Part shown: positions 1 through 30,721 of the stretch, piece after piece
Layout: each line of letters begins with the position of its first letter
How positions within the stretch are numbered: the first letter of the stretch is position 1
From: Tubulanus polymorphus
Taxonomy: Eukaryota; Animalia; Nemertea
Length of the DNA stretch: 64,000 nt
Direction: 5' to 3'
Assembly: GCF_964204645.1 (NCBI RefSeq)
Contig: NC_134033.1
Coordinates: forward strand, 13,586,655-13,650,654
Program-made: the position numbers and the translations under genes
The notes under the pieces: generated by a model
What the model saw: the letters and a program-made list of their open reading frames with translations, nothing else
What the model was told of the DNA's origin: nothing
Databases searched by the model: none

Positions 1-100
1 CTATGGTACGTCGTGTCCGGTGTTCGGCGGTTTATCTTTTCGAATAGTTTTTCATACTTCGTGTTGAAGTGATATCACACTAGGATTTCAGTACGATACT

Positions 101-443
101 AAGCGTTCACACTAGGATATTATTCGTGGCTTATTCAGTTCCGTACTAAAAACTGCCGAAAAACCCGATCTCAGTACGGCACTGAGCTGGCTGCGTATTT
201 TCTGTAGGGTGAACGTAGATTCGACGCTTAGCTAGCCGCATATTTACATCCTTAAACACTTAGCACTAATTACACTCCCCTCTATCGGCACACTGGGTGA
301 CTACTATACCGGGCTTACTAAGCGCCGAATTGCCGACTCGTAGTGTGAACGTAAATGGCTGTATAAGCGCCGTATTTTGGTGAATTCGGCACCAGTGAAG
401 TACGGTACTTCGTAAGCGCCGAATCTAGTGTGAACGCAGCTAG
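101..443. mobile_element. MITE, PIF/Harbinger-like termini
   Basis: GCGTTCACACTAG ... CTAGTGTGAACGC inverted termini; internal repeats of GTGAACGTA and TAAGCGCCG. Confidence 0.6.
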
Positions 444-1665
444 TTATAGATTTGGTTGAGTAGTTTGTGTGTCAGTTAAACCGGTCAATAAATCAGCCAA
501 ATCAGTCGTGAACGTATATTGTATAAACTGATAAGCCGCAAAACGCACGCATATCTATTAAGTTAGCGTTCCTCGTTCGTGAACCTAACTACCGAATAAA
601 TGGGGTAAATCCCCCGATAAATAATCTGCAAGGGTTTCCCCGAACTCGATTAGAAAGTTTTTACGCGAAGGAAAAAATTTATGTCCGTCACACGCCGCAG
701 TATCGGGTACCAGAACTCTCGACGCGTCGATCAAACATCGGCGTCGGTACCGATTTACGAACCGCGGCGTATAGTACACATAGTCCTAACTAAATATCTC
801 GTCAATAATTCCAATCAATTTCGAGAGCCGTAGTCGATCATGCAATATCTGAAAGCAATCATTTCTATACGATCGATAGTTGTATTAGATATCGGATTGA
901 TGATAATTCGTCCGGCGTTCTGCGTTCTTATAAGAGATTTATTACGTATGACCAAATCTAATGAAATGCCGATCACTGGTGAATTAACTGTGTTTACCGC
1001 TGGCGAAATCTTGCGCCGGCCAATAACTTCATCTGCAGCAGACCCCCCTCAGGTCTCATCAAACACATCGGAGACCAATTAAATTTATCCAGTAGCCCCC
1101 GCGTCTCCCGCGTCTCCTTGATTCCTTAAAAACTAAATGGAAAGTACTTTTAAAGGTGTGTGAAACTGCTTTTATTCGAGCGAAATAATAGAAACTCCTA
1201 CAATTTTGAGAAATAGGCAATTAGAAAGATTTCTCGGCGCATTTTGAGTAGCCGCCATTTCTCATGATGAATTCTGTCGATTATTTCATCCTCGCAGCCT
1301 GCAGATCCTACTAAGCCAGTTGTTCCTACTAAGCCAGCCAATTCTAAGCCAGCTGATGCTACTTTACCCAGCCAATTTTACTAAACAGCCAATCTTGCTA
1401 GGCAGGCTGCCGTCCTCCTAAGCCTCTTGGCCTATTATCTTAGAATTTTAGGGTTGAGTGGTGACACCACTATATCAGTGATGGGTGCAAAGTGCTTCAT
1501 GCAAACAAGACAATTTTTGATGTGCATAAGTATGAGTTTCCATTTAAAAGCATTCCCCGATGGTTTCTGGGGTTAGATATTCCCTGTTTCTTTGTACTGC
1601 TGGTTCAAATCTGTCAAGTACGAGCTGCGCGTGAAATTGACGATGTGTCTTTTGATCTTTTTCAG

Positions 1666-18537
<16,872 letters not shown>

Positions 18538-21500
18538 TAAGTCGAGATCCGCTATCCGTATGCAATTCACAGCAATTGAAAACGAGAATATGATAATTTC
18601 CGAATCAGAATTCATTAGCAAAATGCTCAACTTTGTCCCGGATACGTCAGTATCTTAAACTGAAAACAAGGTGCAAGTCGCCGCAGTGAGGTGTCACACC
18701 AATAACCCCGATTAACAATGTTCAGAAGTTGCAATAATGTATATTTTTAAGTAGGGCTTGCGAATGCCTCGCCGAAACAAATCCCAGAGCCTGCAGCTTC
18801 CCCCCACGATATATAGATTCTCGAGTTATACGCGAAGAGGACGCATCAAAATTGTTCTCGAACGTCCGAGCAGCTCTGATGAAATCAATGTTCTAATGGA
18901 CGAACATTGTTAACGTACTATAGATATTATTCAAAGCAATATCATGTGACTATCCGTACATGTATTTCGTGGCCTTTACTCATCGAGTGTGATCTTAAAC
19001 TCTGTGTACTTATTATCGACGAATACGCAATAATTATTATACGTATTCTACCGGCGGTTTTTTGATCATAATAACGTTTATTTTCTCATCATTGTAGACA
19101 TTTTTGTCGTCGTTTGCATTTAAAGGAATATTTTGTGTACGAACGCAGTTGTATCTATTTACTGGTACTCAGTTTTATGAATACGGCGGAACCTCGTTAC
19201 AACAAACTCGCATACAACGATTCATCGCATATAACAAATATAGAATTTTGTCCCAAGTCAAGATGTTTTGATTGATTTCATACTGGATATAACGAACTAT
19301 CGGTTATGACAAACATATTTTCTGGTCGGATGAAGTTCGCTGTAAACGAGGTTCCGACTGTAGTTGTATTTTTTTTGGTGCTACGTCTCGACTATTTTTC
19401 TAATTGGATAAGGCATTACGCGATATGAGTATATATCAAACTGAGTTGTCGACGTTTCGAGCTAATTCGACTGAGAACATAACCGCAAGATTGTAACAAA
19501 ATTTCTTCAATCGGGAAAGAGGATATTCAACATATTTGTCATTTGTTGGAGAGCTTATTGTGTGCTGTTTTAAGCTGGTCTTGAGAAAGTATATGATGCA
19601 AATGTGATATATATAACATGAACTCTCGTCGAAATACTAGGTTGTGTTGGAACTAGATGTTTGAGGAAAATTCAGTCTTTCCAAACAGGTTTAATCTTTG
19701 TTAAAAAGTCACTGGTTTTCGGAAATGATTTGTAAATATACTTACCGGGGGTAGTAAAAAGGGGTCAACTGCACATTAACTGTTTATGGAAGGGAAACGA
19801 TAACCCGGTATATTTGCACTGACTCATTGACTGAGGTTTCCATTTACCCCGGTATGAAAGAGCCGGCTGGCTATTATTACATTATATTTAATCCGTATTC
19901 TGTTCGAAGAGTTTGAAAACGGAGGTTTTTTTGAAAATATGACGTGCTGTGATGGATGTTCTTCATACAGTGGAATTACGGTACAATTGTGGTTTCGTTG
20001 TATTCCAGACTTGACTACCTTGAAATTCTATGAGTAATTAAGCTCTGAGAGTATGTACTACAGTAAACCACGCCTTTACTTGGACAAACAGGGACCGCAG
20101 CAAAATTGGTACTATATAAGCAAAGTCTGAGTCAGAAAAATTATTTCATTTTTGTCCGACTTAGTCAAGTCTGAGTTGGTCAAGTGTAAGGCAAGGTTCA
20201 CCGTACTATTTTAAGTATATAGTGGTAGTCGGGTCCATTGTAAAACTTTAAAAATGATTCTGGAATGCAGAAAATTTCATACTAGCTGAATTGTTGTACT
20301 GGGGTTCGACTGTATTTGGTTTACATTTCGTGTATCTATTCTAGACGTGTGGGCTGATGGCCAGATGTAAAAACCCTTAAGATCACTCGATTTAATGGGT
20401 ATTATGATGTTAGCGAACTGGTTGTAATGATTATTTATCTCGATGGAATGAGGAGGCGTGTCTCTTAGTTGTTGGTGTATAAAACCAAGCATTTGATGTT
20501 TACTATTGTCAATATTTAGCACGGACGGTTTTCACTATCCTAGTTGGAAATTATACATAAATTTGTCGTGATTTTTATATTTGTATCATGCACACAATCT
20601 AAAGTTCCTAAAATGAATCACTATATCAACTATCAAGAAATATGGTATTTGTATGTGTAACTAAAACTCCCTTGTTGAATTGCTTTTTGTATTTGTTTTC
20701 TATGTATTTATGTACTGTTAAATGGTCTTGCAATACGTAGCTCCTGTTTAAATGTGTGGCTTCAAATCCAAATCATCGTGACAATCAAACTATACATTAC
20801 GTCGATGTAATAAATATACACACGTTTACACATTATTGATTATTATTACCGGTTTATGATAATTTTGGAATGTACATGATACATTCTTCATATGACTCAA
20901 TATATGCATGTAGGCCTATAGATAAAACCTTTGCAATAGATTCATGGAATTACTTTAAGTAAAATCAAAATTAAGCATTTTGACTAGTGAAATTGTTATT
21001 TCAAGGTCTAGGGCATCACATTGAGCTTTGAGCCTCTAGATGTATTGCAAAAGAAGTCAATATTGAAAAGAAATGTAATGGCAAAGTGGTCTATTTTCTG
21101 CAAGTTACTTAATGCGTATTTTTGTCGCGGTTTTGCAATTTATCGTAACTTCGTCTGAAAAATCATCATAGCCTGTACACAATTTACGTATTGAAAGCAA
21201 TTTGTACTTGTAGTAGACCCTGATATTCCATGACCGATCCCTCCCTGAATTTCAACCCACTGAATTGCCATCGTGTGATTTGTGCGCAAAAGTATCGTAT
21301 AGTACATACATGTTTAGTATTTATGCAGTACAGTCCTTCCTGACGCTTGCTTGGAGCATTCCTAATCAGATGCACGCTACCGACACGCAGGTTATATATT
21401 TTACTATATTATGAATATCAGATATATTATTATTATTATTATATATTGATGTAATTTTGATTCTTATTAAGATAACCAATGTACATTGTGTTATTCCTAT

Positions 21501-21967
21501 GTCTACCTACCCCGATGATGTCATTTATCTTTGTCTATTTCTATTTGAATTGTTTCAATAAAATACCTCGGTGATAGTTTAAAACAGTTGTGATTGTCTG
21601 TGTGTGATGCTGAAATTGAGATATTTTGGATCCTTGTTTATCCCGTAGGATACTTAACTCTCATTGTCACAAACTCGATAAAATTTAGATTATTTGCGAG
21701 TCCTAGGTTTGAACCAACTCTTACTGAATCCGGATCTGGTTCAAAATGCTGAATGAACAGCAGGATCCCAGGTTTGAATCTGGTCTATTGGATTATGCAT
21801 GCGGGTAATGCATGGTCTACTGAATAAAGGATTTAAATAAGGAATTGTATTTTTTAAAGACATTCATTTCATTTAAGATATCCATTGGAAATAACAATGT
21901 TACTGTAATTAGGATTAGGGCTATTAAACAAGGGATTGAGCTTTAGTTCACAGAAGTAACACTATTG

Positions 21968-22094
21968 CTAGTGGCAGCACCGTACGGTGCTCAAGCGGGA
22001 TTTCCTCGAACTAAAGTTAAACAGTAGTGCTCAATATTATATTAGTTCACAGAAATCCCGCTAGGGGACCGTACAGTGCTGCCACCAGGCTAGC
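21968..22094. mobile_element. Palindromic MITE between DGK and CDC20
   Basis: TGGCAGCACCGTACGGT..AGCGGGATTTC / GAAATCCCGCT..ACCGTACAGTGCTGCCA arms. Confidence 0.6.
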
Positions 22095-23098
22095 GGGATT
22101 TTTCGTAATTTAAATTACTACACAATGTCATTTACATAAGGTTGCCCTGGGTTCAAATTCAGTCTAAATGGTTCCAATCCTGTGTGGTCCTGATGCTGAA
22201 AGTATAGGAGTGACGATTCATTCCTGTCAAGTTCCTCAATGAATTCAAATATCTGGCAAACATCCTGTACAAATTAAAGAATGAAAAAGACTATTTCTTC
22301 ATTTACTTTTATTTCAATGAAAAATAAATATAAGGTTCTGAAAAAAGGGTTGGCAGTGATTTTATACAATTAATTATTGCATTAGTAAACGGTACTTTAC
22401 TAAAATAAATCTATCGCTGAATCAGCAGCTAGGCAATCTGAGCCCGAAATACATTTAGAAATAATCAAACATTAAATTCACCCAAAAGATTAGCTTAATT
22501 AAGACTATGACACTGACCTAGCAAATATTATCATAGAAGAAAATGTTTTCAAAACTACACGAGGTTGATTTTTTATTCACTTCGCTCCAGATTTGAAACT
22601 AATCATTCAAAATAGAAATCGATAGCAACTCAACAACTTATCAATCATCAGGGTCCCTACAGATCGGTCATGCCTTGAATATAAGGAGCTTTCAACGAGA
22701 AAGTTTTGAGGAAGTGTCTGCATCACTTTCATATCCTTATTACTGTCGACTCCTCCTAAATCGGTAGTACCTTATATCTCAGTAAACTGGTAATTCAGTG
22801 GTTTTTGTAAGCAAATTTTTATCCTGAAACATAACCTAGACTCAGTTCTTAATGCAGCAACTGCCTAATTGTGTAAAAAAAATCCTGGTCTTGACTGTAA
22901 TGATTTGGGTGTAGCTTAGTTTACTGTATAGGTACAAACATTAATAATTGCTCATTTTTTTAAAATTGAAGGAGTTTTTAAGGAGTTTAAGGCTTTTTGC
23001 TCAAATTTAAGGAGTTTCAAGCACCTTTAAAAGCATTTTCTGTTTAAGGGTCTTAAAAGAATGAAGGAATCGTAGGAGACCCAGCGATTTATTGATAA

Positions 23099-26000
23099 TT
23101 AACGCATTTTTGACGTTAACGAACTGCTCGTCGTTGAGTCCGATTTTTTCTTCGTCGTTATCTTTTTCGGTTTATCGCACGCAAAACATTTCCACAAGCG
23201 AATCGTTTCATCGGCCGCCGCGCTCGCTACGGTGCTGCCATCTGGTGACAAACATAAACACAACACTCGCGCTGTGTGACCTTTAGAAAAATTGAAACCA
23301 AAACATAATAAATAACGGTTACTTTTCTTCAAATACTGAAGACATGGTTCCCACAGTTACTTCGTATTTCGTGGGTGATTTTTCGATTTTCGCAATGGAA
23401 AATGGGGCCTTCGTAATCCAGATTAAACTGATCATGATTTGATTGTGTAGTTCAGAGTTTTTGACGACTTACCGAATAGTTCCGAGACGACCGACATCGC
23501 CGGATATTTCCACATCGTCAACTGATTTCGAGAGAAACCGTGTCCAGAAACCAGTTCTCTGTACTGCGATGACCATAGAATCGAACACACCTAGAAACAG
23601 GACACAGCATTTTTAACATTTCCATGCACTTTATGTCATAGTGCTTCACACTGACCTTCAAGGGCCAGCAGCTAAAAGTAGTCATAAGTCACAATTGATG
23701 GCGGCATGTGAACAATATGTGTGACATACGCGCATAACCTCTATGTTATATTAACAAACACAGTACATGTAGTTTACCTGTGATCCAGTGTCAACACTGT
23801 TTAAACAAAATCCAGTAGATATATTAAAAAATCGAATATTTCTGTCAGCCGTACCGCCTCCGCTAGCCAACAATGACGATTGCCACGGACACCAAGCTAG
23901 AGCCTAAAAATAACGACAGAATATCATCAACTGGTATTGTAGGTTTAAATCCTAGTTTATCCCTCATGTACTGGCCTCTACAGCCTCTGATAACCTCTCC
24001 AGAAAGAAACCTCAAACCTAGTTGACACCAAATGAAATGTCAAATGATATACACTAAAAAGTGGCTTATTTAGTGCACCAAATACAGAAAAAGAAATACA
24101 GTACAAGTCCTAAATAATGCAACTGTTTGGACCAATGAAAAACATGGCGATATGAAGAGTATTTTCATCGAATTTGAGTTTGATTGACCAAATTTGTACT
24201 CTGAAAAATGCTGGTGTTGAGTGAGCAGTGGTATTAAAATGGATGGCAGCGCTATAACGGACTTTGTGAAAACCTCAAACATAGTTAAATCACCCGTCTC
24301 TCACTAGGTGTCGCTGTAACTTACTCGGACTGCTGCTTGGTGTTCGGTGAATGTATGTACAGGATGAATTTCACGTGACATCGTCGCGTCCCAGATACAC
24401 AACTGATTATCGTTAGCTCCACTCGCTAGGTGGCGCCCGTCGGGAGACCACGCCAGACCGCACACTTCCTGCGTATGACTGGTCAGCGTTCCTATGTGAT
24501 GATCCTGCACTCTGACGTCGTGGTGATGTATTTTACCGGTTCTTGATCCACTGAAAAATGAAATAAATTCAGTAAATTTGTCATTTCGGTAAAATCAGAC
24601 AAAAATAGACAGTGAAAATTAAAGGAATTTTTCCAAAACCTGCATTCCTTGACAATGCCCTCTACAGGCGAACTGATGTACTTAAACCGAATACGAATAC
24701 GAATACGAATACGAATACGAATATTTATTACACTCCAACCATTTCCATGGTATATGGAGGAAAAGATACAGTATTTACAATTATTTACAAAAACAGTAGA
24801 TAAAAGCACTTTGAAACATAACAAACGTTATATACAACATACTATTTACACACACTACCGGAGGGATCTATATACATCCAGACCTAATTTGATAAATTTA
24901 GCAAGTTTAAAAGTTGGATTTTTTAAAACATCAAGATTCCGAAAGGTATTTGAATTTAGGTAGCTTTCACGGAATACGGTAAGTAATTTACAGTCAAAAA
25001 TGAAATGTAGTTCGTCGCCTAAAACGTTACAGGTGGGGCATAATCTATCGGTTCTCGGTAGATGGAGATTTGACAATTTATTTACAGGTAGGAGATAAGA
25101 CCCAATCCTGAACTGGAATAAGCTGGTCACTAAGTCGTCATCAAGCCGATTTATATAGTTTTCAAATTTGATATCCTTCTTATATTGTCTAAAATTAATG
25201 TATAACGGGTTATTATTTAGCCTAAATTCTGTCTCTTGCACATGCTGATCACGGAGTAAACGGTGTAATTGTTTTGGAGAAGTCCTAGAGTTTACCATAG
25301 ATTGTTGTGTCCATATATACGAAAGGCCACAGTCATCAAAAGTCTTCTTAATAAATAACAGCCAGGGGCTCTTAAACCTATCATTCAGATATAAATTATA
25401 AGATATCTTATAGAGAATTGAACTAAGTTTACTTTGTTTGCACTCTATCGTTTTGACCCAAAAATTAATCATTCTACGCTTTACGCTTATATACATAGGA
25501 TAACGTCCTAACTCCGCTAATACTTGAAGGTTATGGGAATATTTTGTAACTTTCATGATAATTTTACAAAATAAACAGTGGAGGTTTTCTAATAAGTCAA
25601 GGTTTTCATATCCCCAGATTTCGCAACCGTACAACGCGATAGGAGCGACGCACATGTCAAATAGTTTAAACATTACATCTACTGGAAGTTTCAAACGTCT
25701 GCCCTTTTGAATAATAGAATACATAGCTTTCATAGCTTTATCATAGAGAAATTTTTTTGCTTTAGCGAAACTACCGTTCCAATTGAATTTCACTCCGAGA
25801 TACACATAATCCTCAACTAACTCTAACTCCTGATTACCGAACATGAATTTTGAAATACGCTTAATCCTACTTTTACATCGAGCGAAGACTAATATTTTAG
25901 TTTTATCAACATTCACCGTGAGGCCGTTGTCGGCGCAATATTCAAATAATGTATCCAAATGTGACTGGAGAGATTCCTCATCTTCAGCAAGAATGACTGT

Positions 26001-28626
26001 GTCATCCGCATAAAGGATAATGAATAAGTTAAGTAAAGTCCCTAGTTCTGGGTCACAATTCACATTAAGCTTTTCAATATACGACAAAGTTGGTTTACCG
26101 CGCGTAGCAAAAAAGTCTTCAATATCGTTTAAGAATAAGGAAAATAGGATAGGTGATAAATTTTCACCTTGTCTTAAACCTCTATCAGCAGCAAAATACT
26201 GTGATGTGTTTCCGTTAAATTGAACAAACCTGTGATCTATGATAATGCCCTCTACAGGTGAACCGATGTACTAACCTGGATAAGATATGAGCGTTCCACG
26301 ACAATGATCCGACTCGCGCCGAGTGGCTGGCCATTGTGCGCATTTTCTTCTGCTGTCCAACATCCCATAACTAGAAATATGTGAACGAAACTTTCGAAGT
26401 TTTCATTTCAAAATACAGTATTGTAAATTCAATTTGACATCCGAGGTAATCAAAAATAAAGATTTTGATTTATGAATTAAGGTCAATTATTGTTTTTCAG
26501 ATGTGAAGGTAAATTTCTTGCTATTCACCTGAACTTCACCGCTGCTGGTTGCCACGGCGACAATATTACCCTCTTTAATCCACTTGATGCTGGATATATA
26601 CTCGTCCTGAGCGGTGAGTTCCATTAGTTCTACGATATTACCACTGGTGGCGTTCCACACATAAACCGCAGGACCGAGCGATACGGCTATATGATTATTA
26701 CACGACCAATCCAACAAATTCAAATCTAAAACATCAACAAAAAGACTCCATCGATGGATTAGCCGATTCCTAGACACTAGGGGGCGTAAGGGTTGTAAAT
26801 GACAATTTCTAATGTTTTAAAATACTTTTATTTTCTGTTTTTGCAATTAAGTGTAAATACGCTTTTTTCCTCCATACAGCATGGAACTGATTGGAACGTA
26901 ATGAATTGTATTTGCTACTTACAGTAATCGTCTACCAGCTCAGGAGCATCGAGAATTCGATCAGGAACCTGTGGAATGTGTCTCGTGACAGTCGCTTTTT
27001 GCGCGTTCGTCTTTCCAGAACTGTACAACACCTTCAGATTGTTCATATAACCTGAAATTGAGAAAACAATTCGTTTTCAGCATGGTTTGAAGCAGTAAGG
27101 TGCACTTATTGGTATATTTTCACAGGATGGCCACTTTAGGCCCGTCATCACAAATTCAAACTCGTTCGAGTCATCAACAGATAAGTCGTCACATTGCTTG
27201 AGTCATCACTATTCTTTTTGTCTATATTTGTATAATTCAATTTACTAAGACTAAGTCGTTATTTGAATATATCATCAACATAATTATCGTCCCAATTACG
27301 CAAGTCTGACCGTACAGCAACACTTAAAACCAGTTCGAGTCAACTTCACAAAATCAAAGTATTCAAAATTCACGAATAATAGAAGAAAAAAAAAACGGAA
27401 AAAACTACAACAAAAATCAACTGAACAATTTTAGCGAAATCAACGAATCTGATCGGGAAAAATACGATGTACCTGGACTTTGTAAAGTTGACCCAAATAA
27501 ACAGCAACGTGCTACAAATAAGTGACAATAACAAATGCAGGTGGATTCAGCGGTGAATGAATTAACGATGAGTCTAAAATAGAAACTGTACCTTCAGCTC
27601 CGCGCGGAACTTTATTCGTGAACGACAACACTTTCGAATCTTGAGGATTTTTACCGAGAGCATCGGATAGTTTTTTCTGATAATCCGGGTTATCCGATTG
27701 GTCGCCGCCGCCGTCCGGTACAAGTTCGTTCTCTTGATTCATCATTTTATAATGAGCCATATCGACATCGGTCGTGCCTCGGTTCGGAATAAATCTATAA
27801 CAATCAACGACCGAATACAGTCAACATCGCACTATGATATTTGTACTAACTTTTATCTAAAGACCCGGAAAATATGACTGCTTTTCATAAATCCTCCTAT
27901 GAGATAATCAAATTTTTGAAACTTTTATCTTACGACTCAGTCCCAGTTCCACAGTCGAGGCTAAGGTCCAAAAGGGGACTTAGGTCTCAATATTGGTGTT
28001 ACGTTATTAGATTGGCTGTAGACCAAAGATGGATTTAGGCTGGTCTTAAGTCCAGGCCATGACTGTGGAACCGGCCACAGAAAATATCTCTCCATAAATC
28101 CCCCTAGGCCTATGGCATTATCAAATTTCTGATTAATTAATAGACCCTTCGAGAAAACATGGCTGCCCAACAAAACTCACTATGACAAATATGCACCCTT
28201 AGGTTGTGAAAACCAGATGAGATAAACATGTTTTACTGAATTGTTTAATTACTCTATACAGACCTATCAGCCGTGTTAGACAGAGGAGTGCTGGGAGTTT
28301 TCTTGTTCGGAGTTTTACTCAGAGATGAGTTTTTATTTGGAGTTTTCGTGTCTTTGCCTTGAACGGCCGGAGTTCTCAACACTGAACCGGAGTGTAGCTT
28401 TAGGGGTGACAACGCTTGACGACCTGCGCGTATCAACGAGAATCATAAACTTTATTCAAAGTTCTCAATTCTCGACGTTTCATTCTAATAAACACTGCCT
28501 GCCCATCATTAACGACTGACCTGTTTCGAGAGCTTTCCGTTGCCATCTCATCATCGGACCACGTTCAATCGGAGCGTCCAACTTCACCAGTTCATTCAAC
28601 GTATTTTCAAAGTTGAAATGCGACAT
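23099..28626 (-). CDS. CDC20: Cell division cycle protein 20 (fizzy), APC/C coactivator
   Basis: Exons: 28626-28521 (ATG), 28423-28264, 27794-27592, 27051-26923, 26725-26529, 26370-26276, 24550-24325, 23903-23778, 23590-23473, 23280-23099 (TAA). RWQRK N-terminus, C-box [29 protein letters not shown]40 repeats ([23 protein letters not shown]...AADETIRLW). Confidence 0.96.
24688..26228 (-). mobile_element. 5'-truncated non-LTR retrotransposon (LINE; RTEX/CR1-group-like) in CDC20 intron 6
   Basis: Open frame 26228-24855 with RT motifs [20 protein letters not shown] and a C-terminal CxxC...HF..C knuckle. 3' UTR ends in AATAAA plus a (TATTCG)6 tail (24688-24723). Clade assignment is tentative. 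Confidence 0.9.
27942..28076. mobile_element. CCCAGTTCCACAGT-type MITE; relatives ~7788-7933, 47281-47364, 58430-58705
   Basis: CCAGTTCCACAGTC ... GACTGTGGAACCGG inverted termini with internal TAAGAC/GTCTTA motifs. Confidence 0.65.
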
Positions 28627-29281
28627 TTTCGCCTGTCTTAAGAGCACGGGATGGAGGGGTGCAGCGACACGGGAAAACTTTACACAAAACAAGAGAAGAT
28701 ACAAGAAAATACTTTAGATTATTGGGTATAGGCCATCATTACTAAAATATTCGATTTGATCAAAAAAATTCAATTTTGCCGGACGGATCGGTAATCCAAA
28801 ACAGAACATCTTTAAATCAGCAGCTACACTTTGGAAATATACACCTCATTTTAAGAGGCGGTTTTGTTTGAAAACATGGTTTTTGCAGACTTTCAATATC
28901 ATGACATTTCAATGAAGGGTTAGAAACTTAGAATAGATTGACATCCAATAGGCCTATTAGTATTATGGCGTCGATCATCGTCACGAATCGGCGAATTTAC
29001 ACGCGATTTAGGGCCCAAACCATCAAAATTTTAGAAATAGTAAGTTTTTTGGTCAAAAGTTACTGATTTTGAATCCCTAGACCTCCCTGATGATAATAAA
29101 TATGCAGAAATGAACGCCTATTCTATTTTTAGCTCATCATAATCATCATAGCCATAGCAGGCCGGTTATCAAATTCGTATTTTTGAGTTGATGGAACTCC
29201 CGTTCTTGACCTTTTTGTAAATAATAATGGGCCTTCATTAAAAGCTACCTGATAGAGTTTGAGCGACAGTTTACGTCGCAA

Positions 29282-29425
29282 TTCAAACACAAAGCCGAAA
29301 GATTACTTACAGCTTTTAATTTTGTTTGACACGAATCAGGAAATGAATTTCGCGCAATTTTTGGTTGATGTTTGTGAACGGAATCGTTTGACAAGCTAAT
29401 GCCATACATTGAGAGTGGGTTCGAA
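29282..29425 (-). promoter_or_regulatory. Putative CDC20 promoter / non-coding first exon with cell-cycle motifs
   Basis: Donor GCT|gtaagt at ~29310; E2F-type TTTCGCGC at 29348-29355; CHR-like TTTGAA (29282-29287, minus strand) and TTCGAA (29420-29425). Short motifs could be chance. Confidence 0.35.
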
Positions 29426-30721
29426 TCCCATATTACGCTTCGGGTGCAATTAATACTTCGCGGCCTGTTCATGCGGGTTCACGATAAGAGCTTCCAACTA
29501 ACAAAATTGCGCATCTCCGTTGTTTACAACCCCAGTGACGTTCATTACTTGTTCCTTATTCCGTTACTTATTGAAAATTCATCTCCCAATATAAGGAACA
29601 AGCAAATTACAGACTGGCATATGCGCCAGACTCAATTGTTGCCAGACAAGATTTGCTTCGAATTCCACACAAGCAATCATTTTTTTAAACAGCTCAACGT
29701 CAGTGGGATTCCTTGTGAAGGGGCAAAGAATACAAAGAGACCGACTAGAGAAATTAATGAAAATAGTTTAATTTCTTTATAGTACAAACAATATTCATAT
29801 ATTTACATCTGTACAGCGAAAATCACAAATTGTCCATATTCACGTAACAGAGAAATTTCACGAAATGAAAATAAGAAATGCATGTGAAAGATAAGTGGAT
29901 AGGAACTCGGTGCGTGCTTCAACTATCTGCTGCTAACGTTTGTCAGATTCTGGTACGAAGTCAAACCGTTACAACATATCCTAATAAACAAAAGACTGCT
30001 AAAACTGAACCTATACAGAATAATCAAAAGCTAAAAACATCGATCTGGTGAAGAAAAGTCTTACAGATCGTTCGTAGCGTGGGTACGACCCAGAAAAAAA
30101 AAACAACTCTAGACTTATCTGTATGCAACGATAAGAGCTGCCATTTAGATTCAATATCACAATTAACAAACCAAAGTTACAGTAAAACTCGCTTAATTCG
30201 GATTTTTCAATCCAGATTTTATTTAATTCTGAGAAATCTGGGCAGGCGCTTGTCATCCGAAATTAAGTGAGTTCTACTGTATTAATCCTAACCCTGAAAC
30301 ACCTCCGAAAATACCAATAACTGATTTCTATATTTTTGGTATTCAAAAATGCATTATTTTCTCAGGTGTATAGGCTAAGGATTAATTATCCGCGTAGCTT
30401 CTCTTCAAAGCGATGTTAGCCTTTTCGGCCAAATAGAGTGATAACAGGAATCTTGTAGAGATTGAAATTTGATAATAAAACGTTTACAATTCAGTTTAAT
30501 TTGACTGATGAGGACTCGGCCTTTTTCATCCACTCCAGAATCATGTGAAGAACTTTAGTGTCTAAATTGCTCATTTTCAGAAAACCCTACGCCAATTTCG
30601 TGACAACAATAATCTGACTATTTCGGAACGAACAAACTCAATAGCATAGCACTGTTGTAGTTATCACAGGGGGGTAGGCTAACACTGCATTGAAAGCACC
30701 AGCTTAGCTGTATGCCAGGTT

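Noticed and set aside
585-1082. Short ORFs near the window start
   Set aside because: No recognisable homology or splice pattern; they lie within a DGK intron.
24492-24963. ORFs with RIRIRI / NTNTNT runs
   Set aside because: They arise from the LINE (TATTCG)n tail.
29415-29431. GTGGGTTCGAATCCCAT T-arm/B-box hairpin
   Set aside because: No A box or cloverleaf found upstream; not called as tRNA.
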